Shown: piece by piece, positions 34,701-47,143 of the stretch
Numbering within the stretch: position 1 is the first letter of the stretch
Layout of the letters: each line of letters begins with the position of its first letter
Notes under the pieces: model-generated
The model's input: the letters and a program-made list of their open reading frames with translations, nothing else
What the model was told of the DNA's origin: nothing
Database searches by the model: none
Assembly (NCBI GenBank): GCA_905178155.1
Contig: CAJINV010000009.1
Coordinates: forward strand, 789,349-853,348
DNA: 64,000 bases
DNA from: Amoebophrya sp. A120
Lineage: Eukaryota > Protista > Dinoflagellata
Direction: 5' to 3'
Made by a program: the position numbers and the translations under genes

Positions 34701-37700
34701 TGGGGGACGGAAAGTTGCGCCATGTTCCCATGTTTGGCAACATTTGGAAGCGCATGATGTTTCGCGGACTGACGTGCGACGAGCTAGATAAGTACATGGC
34801 CTGTGGCCCTTTTTTGATGTACGTCCACCTCATGTTTGGTAAGATGGTCGACGGTGGGGGACAAGAAGTAGCTGGGGAGAGCAGCCAAACGGGCCAATCC
34901 AAGTCTGACATTTTATCACTGCTGGCAACACTGGAACGCGATCTCCGGCGGGTGCACAACCCACTGAAAATGATTTTGCAGTACTACAAGCCACCTGTTA
35001 CCGCGGCACCATCTTCTCCATTGTCAACACCTGATGGCACTTCTGGCAGCATACCGATGATACGCGTTGCCGTGGTGACGTGTGGGACTTCGCAACTCCA
35101 CTCCCAGGCCGACATCAGTGACGCTGCGGCAGCCATCGCAGAAGCGGGCAAAAACGTCGGCCAGGAGGCGCCTCCTAGCGTCCGCGAAGTATCCTTCCAC
35201 ATGGTCGCGGTACAACTAGACCCAAGGATCCGGCTGCGCGACAGGGCCGCGTGCTTTCGCCACCCTATCGCTGCCGGCGTGATGAAAGCGCTAGAGTTTG
35301 CAGCGGACAACTTCGACCTTGTGCTAGTTTTGTCCCCGTTGCTGCATCTTCAGAACTTCCGTCCAGGTGGAGAAGCGCTGGTGAAGCCGGCGCGACTAAA
35401 GAGTATATTCCGAACTCTCTTCGCACCGGCAGCGAGACTGATGGTGGCAAGTAGAGAAAACCGTAATATCGCGGACGAAACGTCTTTCGATTCGGATGAA
35501 CGAAGTCAAATGACGCTGAACGTCGTCGGTTTTCCAACGTGGTACAACGATGCAGACTTGGACGGCAACGCGAACACGAAACACTGGCGGTGGCCGGTCC
35601 GGTACATTCGTCGCCAGTACTGGAAAGTCAAATACGAAATACCGCCCACGGGAAGCTCCACGGTGCTGAATGTTGAGTCGTCCCCTGAAGTAGATGTTGC
35701 TGGCGTGACAGAAAAGCGCTCCATAACCGGTCCTGAGCTGCCTTCTCCGGAATCCATGACGTGCTTCGGCGGCCACAGCACCAGCGGCACACGCATCTAC
35801 CGCTCGGAAACGCTGAAAAAGCTCGTGAAGCGGCTGCAAAACCAGCTGCACGTACCCCAGGATGGAGGTTCCTGGCTAGTCGCGCTTGACTTGGCGGCAC
35901 ACGAGGCTGCGGAAGCGGAGCTGGAGGTGAAAAAGAAATCAAAATCGGAAAAAGGCATGAATTTCTCTTCCAAGGACCCGCTGACCGTTCGCATGGTTCC
36001 GACGGCCCACACCTGTATCGTAAGAAGTGCTATAGGCGGAATCAAAACCACGTCGGAGGAACAGCAAGCGACGCACAGAAAGAACGGAAACGAGCGAAAA
36101 AAAGCCGGGAAAAGACCAGTCACCACCACCCTGCACGAGCGATCGTATCTGGAGGTGGCAAAAATGGATCGCTTTCTCTCAGAAGTTTTTGAGGTGGAGC
36201 AGGCAGAGTTCGTGGTTCCCAACCTAGTTGTGCGCGGCGCAGCTGCAAACTTGCCGACCGCCGCGCAAACTGGAACCATCCAAGAGGAAGCACGCAAAAA
36301 CCTGCAGCAGCTCTACCAGGCTACCCACAAGGCCACCGGTGCGTCGGACTTTTTCTCCGGGTTTTTGCGGCGGCAAGAAGACATGGAGGTGTTGCTGTGG
36401 CATCTGGTCGCGAAGCCCGCGCTCGGAGACGACGAACTATCGTTACTCACGGCGGTGAGTTTCGACGCTGACACGGGGTATCCGATCGTTGAAGATTTGC
36501 TCTTTCACGGGTACAGAGACAACGTTGGATCTACTGCGGCTCAAGCTCAGGCACGTGCGCGACCTCCGGACAAACCAAATACAGACGCTCCAATCGCTCA
36601 TCTGTCGCAATCTCAATTGGAGCCGGTTCTGCACCGCCACTGTCTTTTTCTGTCACCGAAGGCTGGCAATTTGCTCGGAAAGTTCCTCGGCGTCGTGCAG
36701 CCGGTCTGTGTTCGACAGGCGCAAAGCAATGCCTTATCGAAAGTCGTTGCTTGGTGGGAAAGCTACAGCGTTGCAGGTTCCTCGGATTCGCCAGACGTGC
36801 TGGGGACTTCAGCATCAGCGAGCGGGGATTTGGTCTCACAAAGCAGTTCCACGACGAGTTTCTCAACTCCATCGACACCAATTCGCCGCGCCTTGCTCTG
36901 GAAGTCCTTCGCATTGAACGCGTTTCGAGCTGTTTCAGCTGCAGGAGCACCAGGAGCTTATCAGTCTGGGTCTTTTTCTGCTTCAAGCACTGGCGCACCG
37001 ACTGGAACAACGGCAAACCTGTTTCCCTGGTCCCCGGACCTGGACCTCGAGTTGACAACCAGTGACCCAAGCGGTGTGCAGAAGCGAGTGCTGAAGGACC
37101 TTTCTGCGTCGTTGAAGCCGGGAACGACCTCCTTCGAGTGGTCTTCTACTAGCATGGAGGAAGGAAAAGACGACTTCAAGGACGAATTCGAGACGAAATT
37201 TCTCTACGCCCCACTGACCTGGCACGACGAAGACACCGCGGTGAATCTCAACGTGGATCTGAGCTGGAAAGTTGCTCCAAAAAGAACGAATCATCCCCAC
37301 GATGGGACGGACTACGACGCAACCAGAGTGGAGGGAGATGATCGACCGACAAATCAGGGCGGTGAGCGCCACGATCTCAATGCAGATGAAGGTGGTAGTC
37401 CGACATCAGACGAAGATCTTTCAGACGAATTGTTTTCCCTTCCGATACGGAATTCGGCCGGCACTGCTACTGCAGGTCATCATCGCACGACGGGGCGGGA
37501 AACCGTCGCGCCAGCAAGCCGCCTTCATTTCACTGAACAAACAGACGAATTCAGTTTGCAAGAGGTCCTGGATACGTACGGGGCGGAGAAAATCTTCAGC
37601 GACCCAGATTACGGCGTCGAGCACTTTGGCTGCAAGAGCTCGAACTTTGGAAGTGAAAGTGATGGTGATGGCGAGCATGAGGTAGGCCGAAATACAAATT

Positions 37701-37801
37701 TCGGTGATGGAGGTGTAAGACTCTCAAGACACAACGCTTGTCCTCCGCGCCATTGCACCGCGACTGCATGTGAGTTTGAAGATGATTTTGTACACATTTG
37801 A
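31704..37801 (+). CDS. Large hypothetical protein, possibly with a divergent LicD/fukutin-related (FKRP-like) C-terminal domain; exons 31704-32219, 32432-37801
   Basis: A GT-AG intron 32220-32431 (212 nt) joins the two ORFs in frame (KETTT|DKLNHY). The C-terminal PVCVRQAQSNALSKVVAWWES ... ALNAFR ... LFPWSPDLDL resembles the FKRP/LicD pattern PPCC..LR..GSLLGA.R..IPWDxDxD. The 5' end may extend further. Confidence 0.6.
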
Positions 37802-38161
37802 AGAAATAGGGAAAAACAACTCGATTGGTAAGTGCTATCATCGACAGGACAATTTTGAGTTTTTGCAGCCTCTGGCGTCCGGAGTGTGCAGTCTTGGTGC
37901 AGTTCTTCTTCAATGTGATACTCTATTCAACACTCTAGAACTAGACAAAACGTCTATCCGCAAGTGAAAATGATCGACCCTGTTGTAATTGCCGGCTTGT
38001 AAAAGCAGTTTCATGATGTCTTTGCCATTCCACAACCTCCGCGATTTTTTAGTGTTCGTTTTCAGTTGCAACAGCCGTATTTGACGTTGGCAAAATGAAG
38101 CCGCCGGACTCTGCGTGTTCAGTTTGACGGGAGAATCACGCCCCTCTGTTGCAGCAAGAAC

Positions 38162-39165
38162 ATGGTGCCTCGCGGCATCTTCCGCGAAGCTACTCCCGTC
38201 ATGGGAGGAACTTCCAGCTCGAAAACAAGATTCCGCGAGACGAGTTCGGTCGTTCGCACAAATAACGTGTGTCTTCGGTTGTTGGGACTGATTTATTTCA
38301 GTCTCCGCACGGACCTCTCCCGCGCCAGCGTAGACGAAATGGACAGCGACTTCCTCGGCGAGTTCTTCCAGAAAAGTGGGAATCACGAGCAATTCCTCAT
38401 GCTGATTTACTCAAGTGAGAATCAGAATTGCTTTGAAGGCGATGCGGCCAACTGCAGAGAAGCGCTGTCGTTATTGAGCCGCGCAGAAGACCTGATTGCC
38501 GATCAACCAAGTGGCGAGATGGTGCCGATGGGAAAGATTGGAGTCGACAGCGAGGAAGGAAAGCACGTAGAGAACTGATTCACATTTTGCTCCTGTCAAA
38601 TGAATGTAGTACCGTATACAAAAAAGAAAAACTAAACCGTTTTTGCAACGTGAAACTGAAAGTAGAAGCTTGTCTTTTCTAGTCGAAAGAATGTGAATGA
38701 GAAGCGAAGAAGATCCGAGGTTTTTCGTCCAAACTTGGTGTCGAATTAGGAATGCGCAACAAGGCAAAGTAAAATGAAACAAACCAGTTCGCCGCGAAGG
38801 AGGGAGTGGTCTTCAAATCAGCTGCGGACAAGTTGCCCCAACTGCGGTTTTACTACTGGAAAAAAGGCATGCCAAAAGTCAGCTTCGAGGAAATCGCGAT
38901 CCCGTTGCCCATGGAGCAAGAAACGAGGTCCGCAGAGGAGAACGCGGTCACCTTGGTAACGCGGATAAACTCGGCACACGCGAAAGTCGGCATTCCACGT
39001 CCCGCCCTGGTGGTGCCGCCAACATTTCGCAAGACGCAAGCTATAGCAGGGGAGAAATCAAGTAGTTCCAAGAAGAAAAACAAAAAACGAATTGATGCAC
39101 CGCAGGTAGATCAGCTGCAATTCGGACCTTCGATTAAGATCTCACAGTCAGGGGCTGATCTTTGA
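38162..39165 (+). CDS. Thioredoxin-fold protein without CxxC, paralogue of the downstream gene; exons 38162-38566, 38788-39165
   Basis: GT-AG intron 38567-38787 in frame; VPMGKIGVDSEEGKH|FAAKEG..LPQLRFYY..VSFEEI aligns by eye with VPVGKINIEDKPGRE|LAEKEG..LPSLRLYY..VSFERI of the next gene. Confidence 0.7.
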
Positions 39166-39545
39166 AGGAAATGTTTACTACTCTGCTCTCACAAGCCCTA
39201 TCGCGCACGGCTGCAGCATTCTTGTAGTTACAAAATCGCACACAATCATGATTTTCTCAGCGCCCACGCTTTCTTTCAAACGAAGAAGAAGAAGAGCCAC
39301 CAGAATCCTTGAAACTCGGAAAGTTTCTCAACAAGGAATCTGATATGTCATCTGTCGTGTTTGTCACATCACACGGACACGCCAACGTCATATTATACTG
39401 TGCCTATGCTAGACACTGAATTTTGATCAGTTCGACAAGACCGACGATTTCGATCAACGTCTTTTCTCGTTTCGAAACCCTGTCACACATCTAGGCTATT
39501 GATCCCAAAGAATTATTTTCGTTCGTAGAACGCAAAACGAAAAAA

Positions 39546-40136
39546 ATGTTGCGACTCGTCCTCGCGTCGCTCATCACGCTCTCCACACAAAGGACCGCTG
39601 TAGCCCTGAAGGAGGTTTCTGCGTCTATTCTGGATGACCTGAAAACTCCGTATCTGGTGGAGTTCTACTCTAAATTTTGCGGTTCCTGCACCGAATTCAT
39701 GCCGACAGTGGAAAAGACGGAGAAGCTCTTGAAGAAAGCAGTGCCAGTAGGAAAAATCAATATCGAGGACAAACCTGGAAGAGAGGTAAGTTATGTTGAA
39801 TAAGACATTGAGCGTGCACAACTTGTACTTTTTCTTTTTGCCCCACCGCATCCTATAGATCCTGGAACTGCAGCACATTGCTTCTCTGACTCTGTGTTTT
39901 TCCGCGATAAGAAGGGCACAAAAACAATTTCATTTTCCATTTCAATCCAGCTTGCGGAGAAGGAGGGCGCGCTGGAAGATGGCTTGCCTTCCCTGCGTTT
40001 GTACTACAAAGACGGCGACACAGTCAGTTTCGAGCGCATTCTCGAGCCAGACACGGTTGACTTCCCCCCCGCGGAAACCCTTGCGAAGAAGGTAAAGGCC
40101 ACTTTGAAGAAAATCGGTAAGAGTGGCGAACTGTAA
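39546..40136 (+). CDS. Secreted/ER thioredoxin (PDI-like single domain), CGSC active site; exons 39546-39785, 39951-40136
   Basis: Signal-peptide-like N-terminus, YLVEFYSKFCGSC, GLPSLRLY cis-Pro loop, C-terminal SGEL (KDEL-like); intron GTAAG...TCCAG 39786-39950 (165 nt). Confidence 0.85.
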
Positions 40137-41195
40137 ATGCGGTTGTGCCGCGGCTTTGTTGATGATGCCACTAGTTGTGGGAGATCTTGCTAGATACAAA
40201 GCGCTAAAGGAAGACTGCGCGCTTCTGCAATACAACAGCCAGACCCTCCTGTCATCTGTGGAATCATTAATCCAGTAGACCAATTTGTCGCATGAAAAAA
40301 ATCCTGGGTGCAGCTCAAGGTCAAGCGCACATACAAGACTACCGTGCGACCAGGTTCAGGAGGACTTGGACTGGCAGAAGGCGACTTTTCTGTCCACTGA
40401 TATGAGAACAACCTGTACTTCACAGGATGTTGATTCTCGCGCGAAGGCAATCACGATTTTCGCTCATCTTGATCGTTGATCGTCCTCCTTGTTTCGGCTG
40501 TTGGATACATAGAAGTCGTGCGTGGATAGAAAAAAAAAGGCAAAGAGCAGTCGAGCAGATCTTCATTCCTATTCAGTGACAGTGATTGCCGAAGATCTTC
40601 TGGACATGAGCAATTCGTCTGGTGTAAGAAGTTGGTTGCGTAAGCTGCAGCAAGAAAGATCTAGCTAGTAATCGCGATGCGTTTGCTTACGGCTTTTACG
40701 CCACAAGATCCTACACGGTACTTCACGCGCCATCCAGCGGTAACAGCGAATTTAAAGATTTGATAGTGATACACTTTTTACTATGTGTGCAAAGGGAAAG
40801 GGATGCTGGAGCTGGTTTTCTTCACTGCGATGGCTAAGACGATGAGCAATCGCAATGTACAACAAAGCCCGTGCCAGCTTTTGATAGTGAAGATACTTGA
40901 TACAAGAGTGTCGGCATATTCCATTTGATTTTGATCTTGTCAACTCTAGAATGATCGTGCAAAAATGAAAATCGTCTTCATCGTTTGATATATTTCATCT
41001 CATCTCCTACCTTTAGTTTATGTTTTGGTTTTGGATCATGACTTGTTTTCCGTCCGTATTTATACGTAGACACTGCAAGCTATTGTCATAGATATATTTA
41101 CTACGTACGATAGTGCCACGAGCACGACTAAATTCTTTATTTTTCTACATCACAAAGAAAGGCCGGCATTTGCATGCCACCTCAGCCCTGACCTT

Positions 41196-44100
41196 ATGTC
41201 AACAGACAAAAGAATGTGCACAATTAGAAAGATTGAAAGAAGCCGGGCTAAGGTCCTGCATTGGATTCTTTTTCTCGTCGCCGGGGGATTTTTCGATACC
41301 TGGCAAGCAATCGCAACGGGCATTCGTGGAAAAACCGCCACGGCTTCTGCCACTTTAAGTAGGCAGGAAGACGCTTCAGCTTTTTCCAGACCTAGCAGTG
41401 CCGGCGATGCACATCCGGTCGCTTCTCCGGTCCGCAAAATAAAGACTGACGCGAAGCAGATCCTGGGCGGCCCCCGCAGCTGGGAAATGCAATCTTTCGC
41501 CCAGCAGCTCCTCGCCAATGCTCTTGACGAAGGTAAAGAGCCAGGAACTGAAGGCACTGGAGAATCATCTGGGTCGACTTCCTCTGCTTCGCCGGCTTCC
41601 AATTATGCAAATGACAGTGTAAGTGTTGTTACTCCAGATGCTGACGTGCGGAGGAACCATAAAGGTAACAAAATCTTTGCGCCAAGAGCCTGGGCGGCTT
41701 CAGGACGACGCGCCGCAGACGAGCTAAACCGAGCGGCGTCGCAGGTCGTGTCATCGATCACTCCAAGCGACAGTAACACAGAGGAAGATGCGACCCTCCT
41801 CATCCATAGCGGACGAGATGTAGATGATCCCAGCTTGTTAATGTCCTTGCTTGCTAAGGCGAAGGCGACAACTAGGCAAGATGAAGCACTAGTAGCTAAG
41901 CGCCGCGAAGGTGGTGAATCAGCTTTCCCGATCGTCGAGAAATACGCTGCTCTAGAAGGAAAGGGCTCGAGCATCCTCGAGCGGCAAGCCTCTCTTCAGG
42001 TTCAGCAACAAAGTTCATCTACGACTGGTGCTGCTCCTGAACTCACGACACGCACCGTGCCTGAAGTGCAGCAGTCGTATTCGCATCCAGAAGCAGGAGG
42101 AGCAAGTAACCCAAATGGCTCATATTTCGTCCAACCCGAGAACTGTCTGATGCCCATGCCACCTTTTCCGGGAACAGCAGCAGAACGACTGTACAGTAAC
42201 GGCGCACCATCGATTCGTGTTCAGGACGAATTGTGCAACTCCTCTTATTTTCAGTGCAGCGGCGAGCCACTCGATAACTTTTTCGCACAATACGGCAGTG
42301 CGTACTTCGTCTGCCCGCCACAAAGAGGCGAGCGAACGCCATGGCCACCGGTGCCGGAGATGATGAACTCTTCTCATTTTTTCCAATCTTCGTGGTCGGG
42401 ACCTTCAGAAAGCGCTGCTGGCGCAGCTAGCACACCGTTTCTACATGAGAGCATGATCGGCCGAGGTCCTTCGTCAGCGATGCATCATGAAGACTGGCAT
42501 GTGAGACAAGATTCCGCCATGGCCGCTGCTGCACACGTCAAAAGCTGCATCGAACATGTCAGAGCGCTAGCGGCGCAGGCTGTAGAAAGGAAAACGACGA
42601 CGCTTGACCTGAATACCTCTGGTGCGGCTTCAAGCTCTTGCGGAAGTGTTCCTCAGCCCGCTGGATTAGGACATCAAGCACGACAAGGGGCATCTGCCTC
42701 TAGTTGTGCTTCCGACTCTCTCCTAGCTAGGCATGATTCGGACGACCCACAATTCGACTACGCAAATCCAGATCATGATCAGCAGGTCTTCCGTGACTAC
42801 AGCTACTTTGACGTATCACCAAAGCCTCCTGTGATCTGTGACGATCCAGCTTTTCATGATGCGACAGGAAGTGCATGGGACGACACATCAGAGACAGAAT
42901 CCCGGCACGGGCAGCCGCCGGAAGGATGGATTTGGGTTCCGAAGGCGAAGCAACAACTGGCTGCTGACGTTGAGCCCGAGGAAACTGCAACCAGCAACAT
43001 GCGAGACGGCCGGAAACGCAAATCACCCAAGAAGCGTAAGCAAGATCATGGAGATGCGCTGTTCAGGCGTCAGTCTGCCATCGCAACCACAGGCGTCAGT
43101 CCGCGAACGCAACCACCAGAATTCATTTCGAGGGATGGCACTGGCCAGCATGAACTGCAGTCGGCTGAGCAGCATGCAGATGCAGCAGAAGATGCAAATA
43201 AGGAACGGGAACGGCCAAGTTCTGGGGGTCATCCATATGAGGCTCCTTTCTCACACGCTGGAGCAGCGCACAAGACCACCGGATGCAACGGCTATACCGC
43301 AGGCCAACGCACTGCCTATTACGCAGGCCAGTCCATTCACCACGTGGAAGCAGGGGCAGGCACCAGTCACGTTGCAGATCGACAGCCAGCGCCAGACGAG
43401 GTACCTCCTGAGTACCAAGCGTTGTGTTCCACCTACACGCAATCACGGCAACAGCTCCCGCACGCAGGTCGACCTTATCCGTCCCCTGCAGCTGCTCCGC
43501 CCCCGGGTTTTGTTTTTGCCGACGAGTACGGGACGCCGCTTGCTTCGGGAGGTCCTTTGGAACTGACACGTCAACTCCCTCCAATGCCGACGCCTCCAGA
43601 TTTTTGGGTCTGGAACAACCGTACAAATCACTACGAAACAATCATGCAGCCCGGCACCAGTTCTAGTTTGTGCACAACGATGTGGAGCAGGGGCCGAACT
43701 GAAGTTGTCAAGTCGGGAATATTGTGTTGTGCAGCCGAATCGTTCAGGCGCGCAGATGCAGCGGCTGGTGCGCACCACAGCGGGACCACGGAGAGCCATT
43801 TCGTGGACCGGACTATGGCAACGACGCTGCCAACGGTCACGGTGCGCGAAGCGGCGGAGAGGTGGTTGGCTATGCAGGCACGGCAAAGCTTGAAGGCGGG
43901 AGCAGAGACGCGATCGAGTTCTGTTCACAATCAAGGTTCTTCTATCACCAGTTCCAGTTGTACCGATCAGGCCAACATGACTTCGCAGCGTGCGGGCACT
44001 TCGTCGTCATCATCTGACGTTACCGGTAGGGAAACTTCAGTGACGGCGGCCAACATCCGGAAAAAAGAAAGACAGAAGGCAGACAAGAAACTGAAATCAA

Positions 44101-45984
44101 AGGCTCGAGGTTCTTGTGAGGACCATGGGCTTTTTGCAGATGGCACCTACACTACGAAAGAAGACGCGAGGTTCAGCGGTAGTGCAAAGAGCGCTCCTGC
44201 TGCAACAAAGACCAAGAAAAAGAAAAAGCGCGCAGCGAAGAAACCTACCGCACTTGAACTTGTTCGACCGGTGTTACCTGTAGGCGAACAATCGCGGTAC
44301 TTCTACGGAAGCCCCCAGAGCGCTTCCGGAACATCAGGAAGCAGCGCAGCTCACCTTTCCGATCGTGCAATCGCAAGGCCAAAACCAAGGCCGAAGTTCC
44401 TCTGCGGACCGGGGAGCCACATTAAGTCGCTCGTACGGCGATGCGGCGCTGGGTCTTCCGGACCGTTGTCTGGCTTTTTGCCGCCCCTACAGATGATGGA
44501 ACCTGTCCCGGAAACTGACTCTGTAGACGAGCAAGAGGAATCGCGAGAGGAAAATCTGATTTTTTCCTTTCCAGGACCAGGCATGGGCGATAAAGATAAC
44601 CAGGGTAAAATCAAAGCAGACAATGGCACCGTGCTGGAGGTGGAGAAAGCGCAAACAGAAACATCAGCCCCGTCTATTGGCTCTGCCTCCTCTTCTTCCA
44701 ATAGCGGATCTTCGTTTGAATTCCCGCTCTCGCTAGAGAGTCCAGCAAGTACAGGAGAATTTTTGGAAGATTCTGCAACAGTGTCTACTCTGGCTGTCTC
44801 AGGCCGTGGCTCAACCCAACAAATAGGCTCAGCGCCGGTCACGTTGAATCCTGCCGCCTGGCTGAACGGCGCCACGCCTGAGGTTTTAGCATCAGACATT
44901 GATCAGCGAGATGATCAAGATCATTTCCCGAAAGACATGCACATGGAGTGGCTCACGTCGAGCTCGAGCAAAGAAGACCTGAATCCGCCCGAAAAATTGT
45001 CGATATCGCGCCAGTCCACTGCTTCCCCTGCTGGTCCGCGACCCATGGAGACTAGCGCTCCTTCGAGTCCGACTGAGATGGAGAGAGAAGCCGGCCTCCC
45101 CGAGGCTGGTGCAACATTCGACCGAGCTCCGACCGAAAAGTCCGAGACCGATGCGTTAGACTCAAACGCAGATTTTTCCGATGCGTACTATAACCCCTAC
45201 GACCAATATCTGCAAGTGCGCCCTGCAGAGGAGCTGCGAAGTCTGTTCAGCCACTTACCCGAAAGATACCGGAGCTGGGTGGAAGGAGAGCAGCAAGACA
45301 CTAGAACAGGTTCCGATTACGGACGATACGAAGCATGGACTGGTCGGTCAGGCTGGACAAAAAACCACGACGATGTGCCTTATTCTAGTTCTATTGCTGT
45401 CTCGTCACGGTGGAATCATCACCGACCTGAAAGTCGCCACGACTATTCAACCGGTCGCGGTTTCGATACCGGAGACGCATGGACCCAAACCCAGCACAGG
45501 GCGGAGCGCGCGTCGACAGGTGGGGGAAAAAATACTCAGTGGAAATACGGGGCGGGGGGGCCACACCCAAGTGATGAAGGTACTGCTGCTTGAGGATTCC
45601 CCTCGGGAATGTATACAACGACAACGTGTGTATTCTCCCTTTTGAGTCTGATGATCTTTACGCACCGCACTTATTTCTATCGCTTGATGCTTTCAGTGAC
45701 TACGTACGAGTACAAGAAGACTTTCATGGTTTGAACCCGGCTGATTGTGATATTCTCCTCCTCTTAATCCTTCAGGTTCCTGGTCGTCCTGGAAAGCAGA
45801 GGGTGGCTACACCACTGCGCACGTCGACGAACGGAATACGCGAGAGCGTTACAAGGCATCTTCTTCTTCCGGCCCTCGACGACCTCAACGCAATGGCCAC
45901 AGAGAGCGAGAAGCCACCGCACCAAGGACAAGGACGAAGGCGTACACAGACAGATATGGCAGGGAATGGCGGAAAGTTGCATAG
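41196..45984 (+). CDS. Large low-complexity hypothetical protein; exons 41196-45579, 45776-45984
   Basis: 1465-codon ORF with an N-terminal hydrophobic stretch; a probable GT-AG intron 45580-45775 extends it in frame (SDE G|SWSSWKAEGGY...REWRKVA*). Confidence 0.68.
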
Positions 45985-47143
45985 ATTGATAAACAAGCAC
46001 GGCGGCTGTAGTCTACTTCTGTCCTCATATTTCAGAGCTACAAGAATAATTTTAGGCGAATTTCTTATTGTCGGTCGTAAGGCCGTAAACATGTAATTTC
46101 ATATGACACCCGAGATTTTCTTATCTTTTCGCTCTCGAGGCGACACACCAATGTCCTGGCGCAGCCATTCTTTTTCATGCATGTCGCTTCTAGATGAGTC
46201 GATGCATAATTTTGAAGGCAAGACAGCTGACCGCTGCCTACTGTCAACATGTCTGATCATATAGAAGCGCCGTCTTTTTTTGTTTTTCTGCTTCTTGCGC
46301 TTACGTTCCTGCTAAAATCAATGCACATAGCAGGTCGTATGATCTTGTTCTACAACTTCGCACAGTTTTTAGATGTTCAGACGCACCATTTCACTTCACA
46401 TATAGTAGGTACTTATGTGCTTACATCTTTCATCTTTAACTGTGCCTACTAACGCCTGCAAAAAAAAAAAACGAGGACATCGAATTTTCCGTTTTGTGAT
46501 TATCAAAAATCAATCTGGATATTTGCGAACTTTTGTCGGCCGCCTGTTAAAACAAAGCAAAGGCTTAGGTATTTCAGCCAAAGCGAAAACAGAAACCAAA
46601 AGATGCGCACCCGCATCATCCTTTTTTTGTCGCCCCACCGGCATCAACAAGCCAGCGAGCAAAAGTTTTGTGCTGGTGTTCGTGTTCGCTGCAGTCTCTA
46701 CATTTATTTTTACTCCTCGCACAGTGTCAGCGCATACGCATAGTGGTCAGACGCAAATTCTTTTGGTCATCGGCTCGAGCTAATGTTTTTTCGTCACATC
46801 CTGCATAGTTCGTCGTGTTGTTTTTTTCGTTAAGTACACTTCGTTGGTTTTTTTATGTCGGAAGCGGAGGGTTTTTTCATTTAAATTTTGTTCTCCTGCA
46901 GCTGTGTATTCAATGCAGAGCAGCGCCGGTTTTTCATCACGACGATCGCAGTAGGTTGTTTGCAGGGAATCAAAAAACCGGGCGGCAGTAGACTCTGTTC
47001 GACGTGCTTTCGATTGTTTTTTGGCTCTCTCCTAGTTCGCGTGAGGACCATCGAGAAACCACATAATTCGTTTTTCGTAGTAGTCGTCGTTCCCGAAATA
47101 TTAGTTCAAATTCTGCTAGAGCGTAATCATCAACATCAGCAGC

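Noticed and set aside
45590-46096. 168-aa ORF after the 1465-aa ORF
   Set aside because: Better explained as an intron plus last exon (in a different frame) of the upstream gene.
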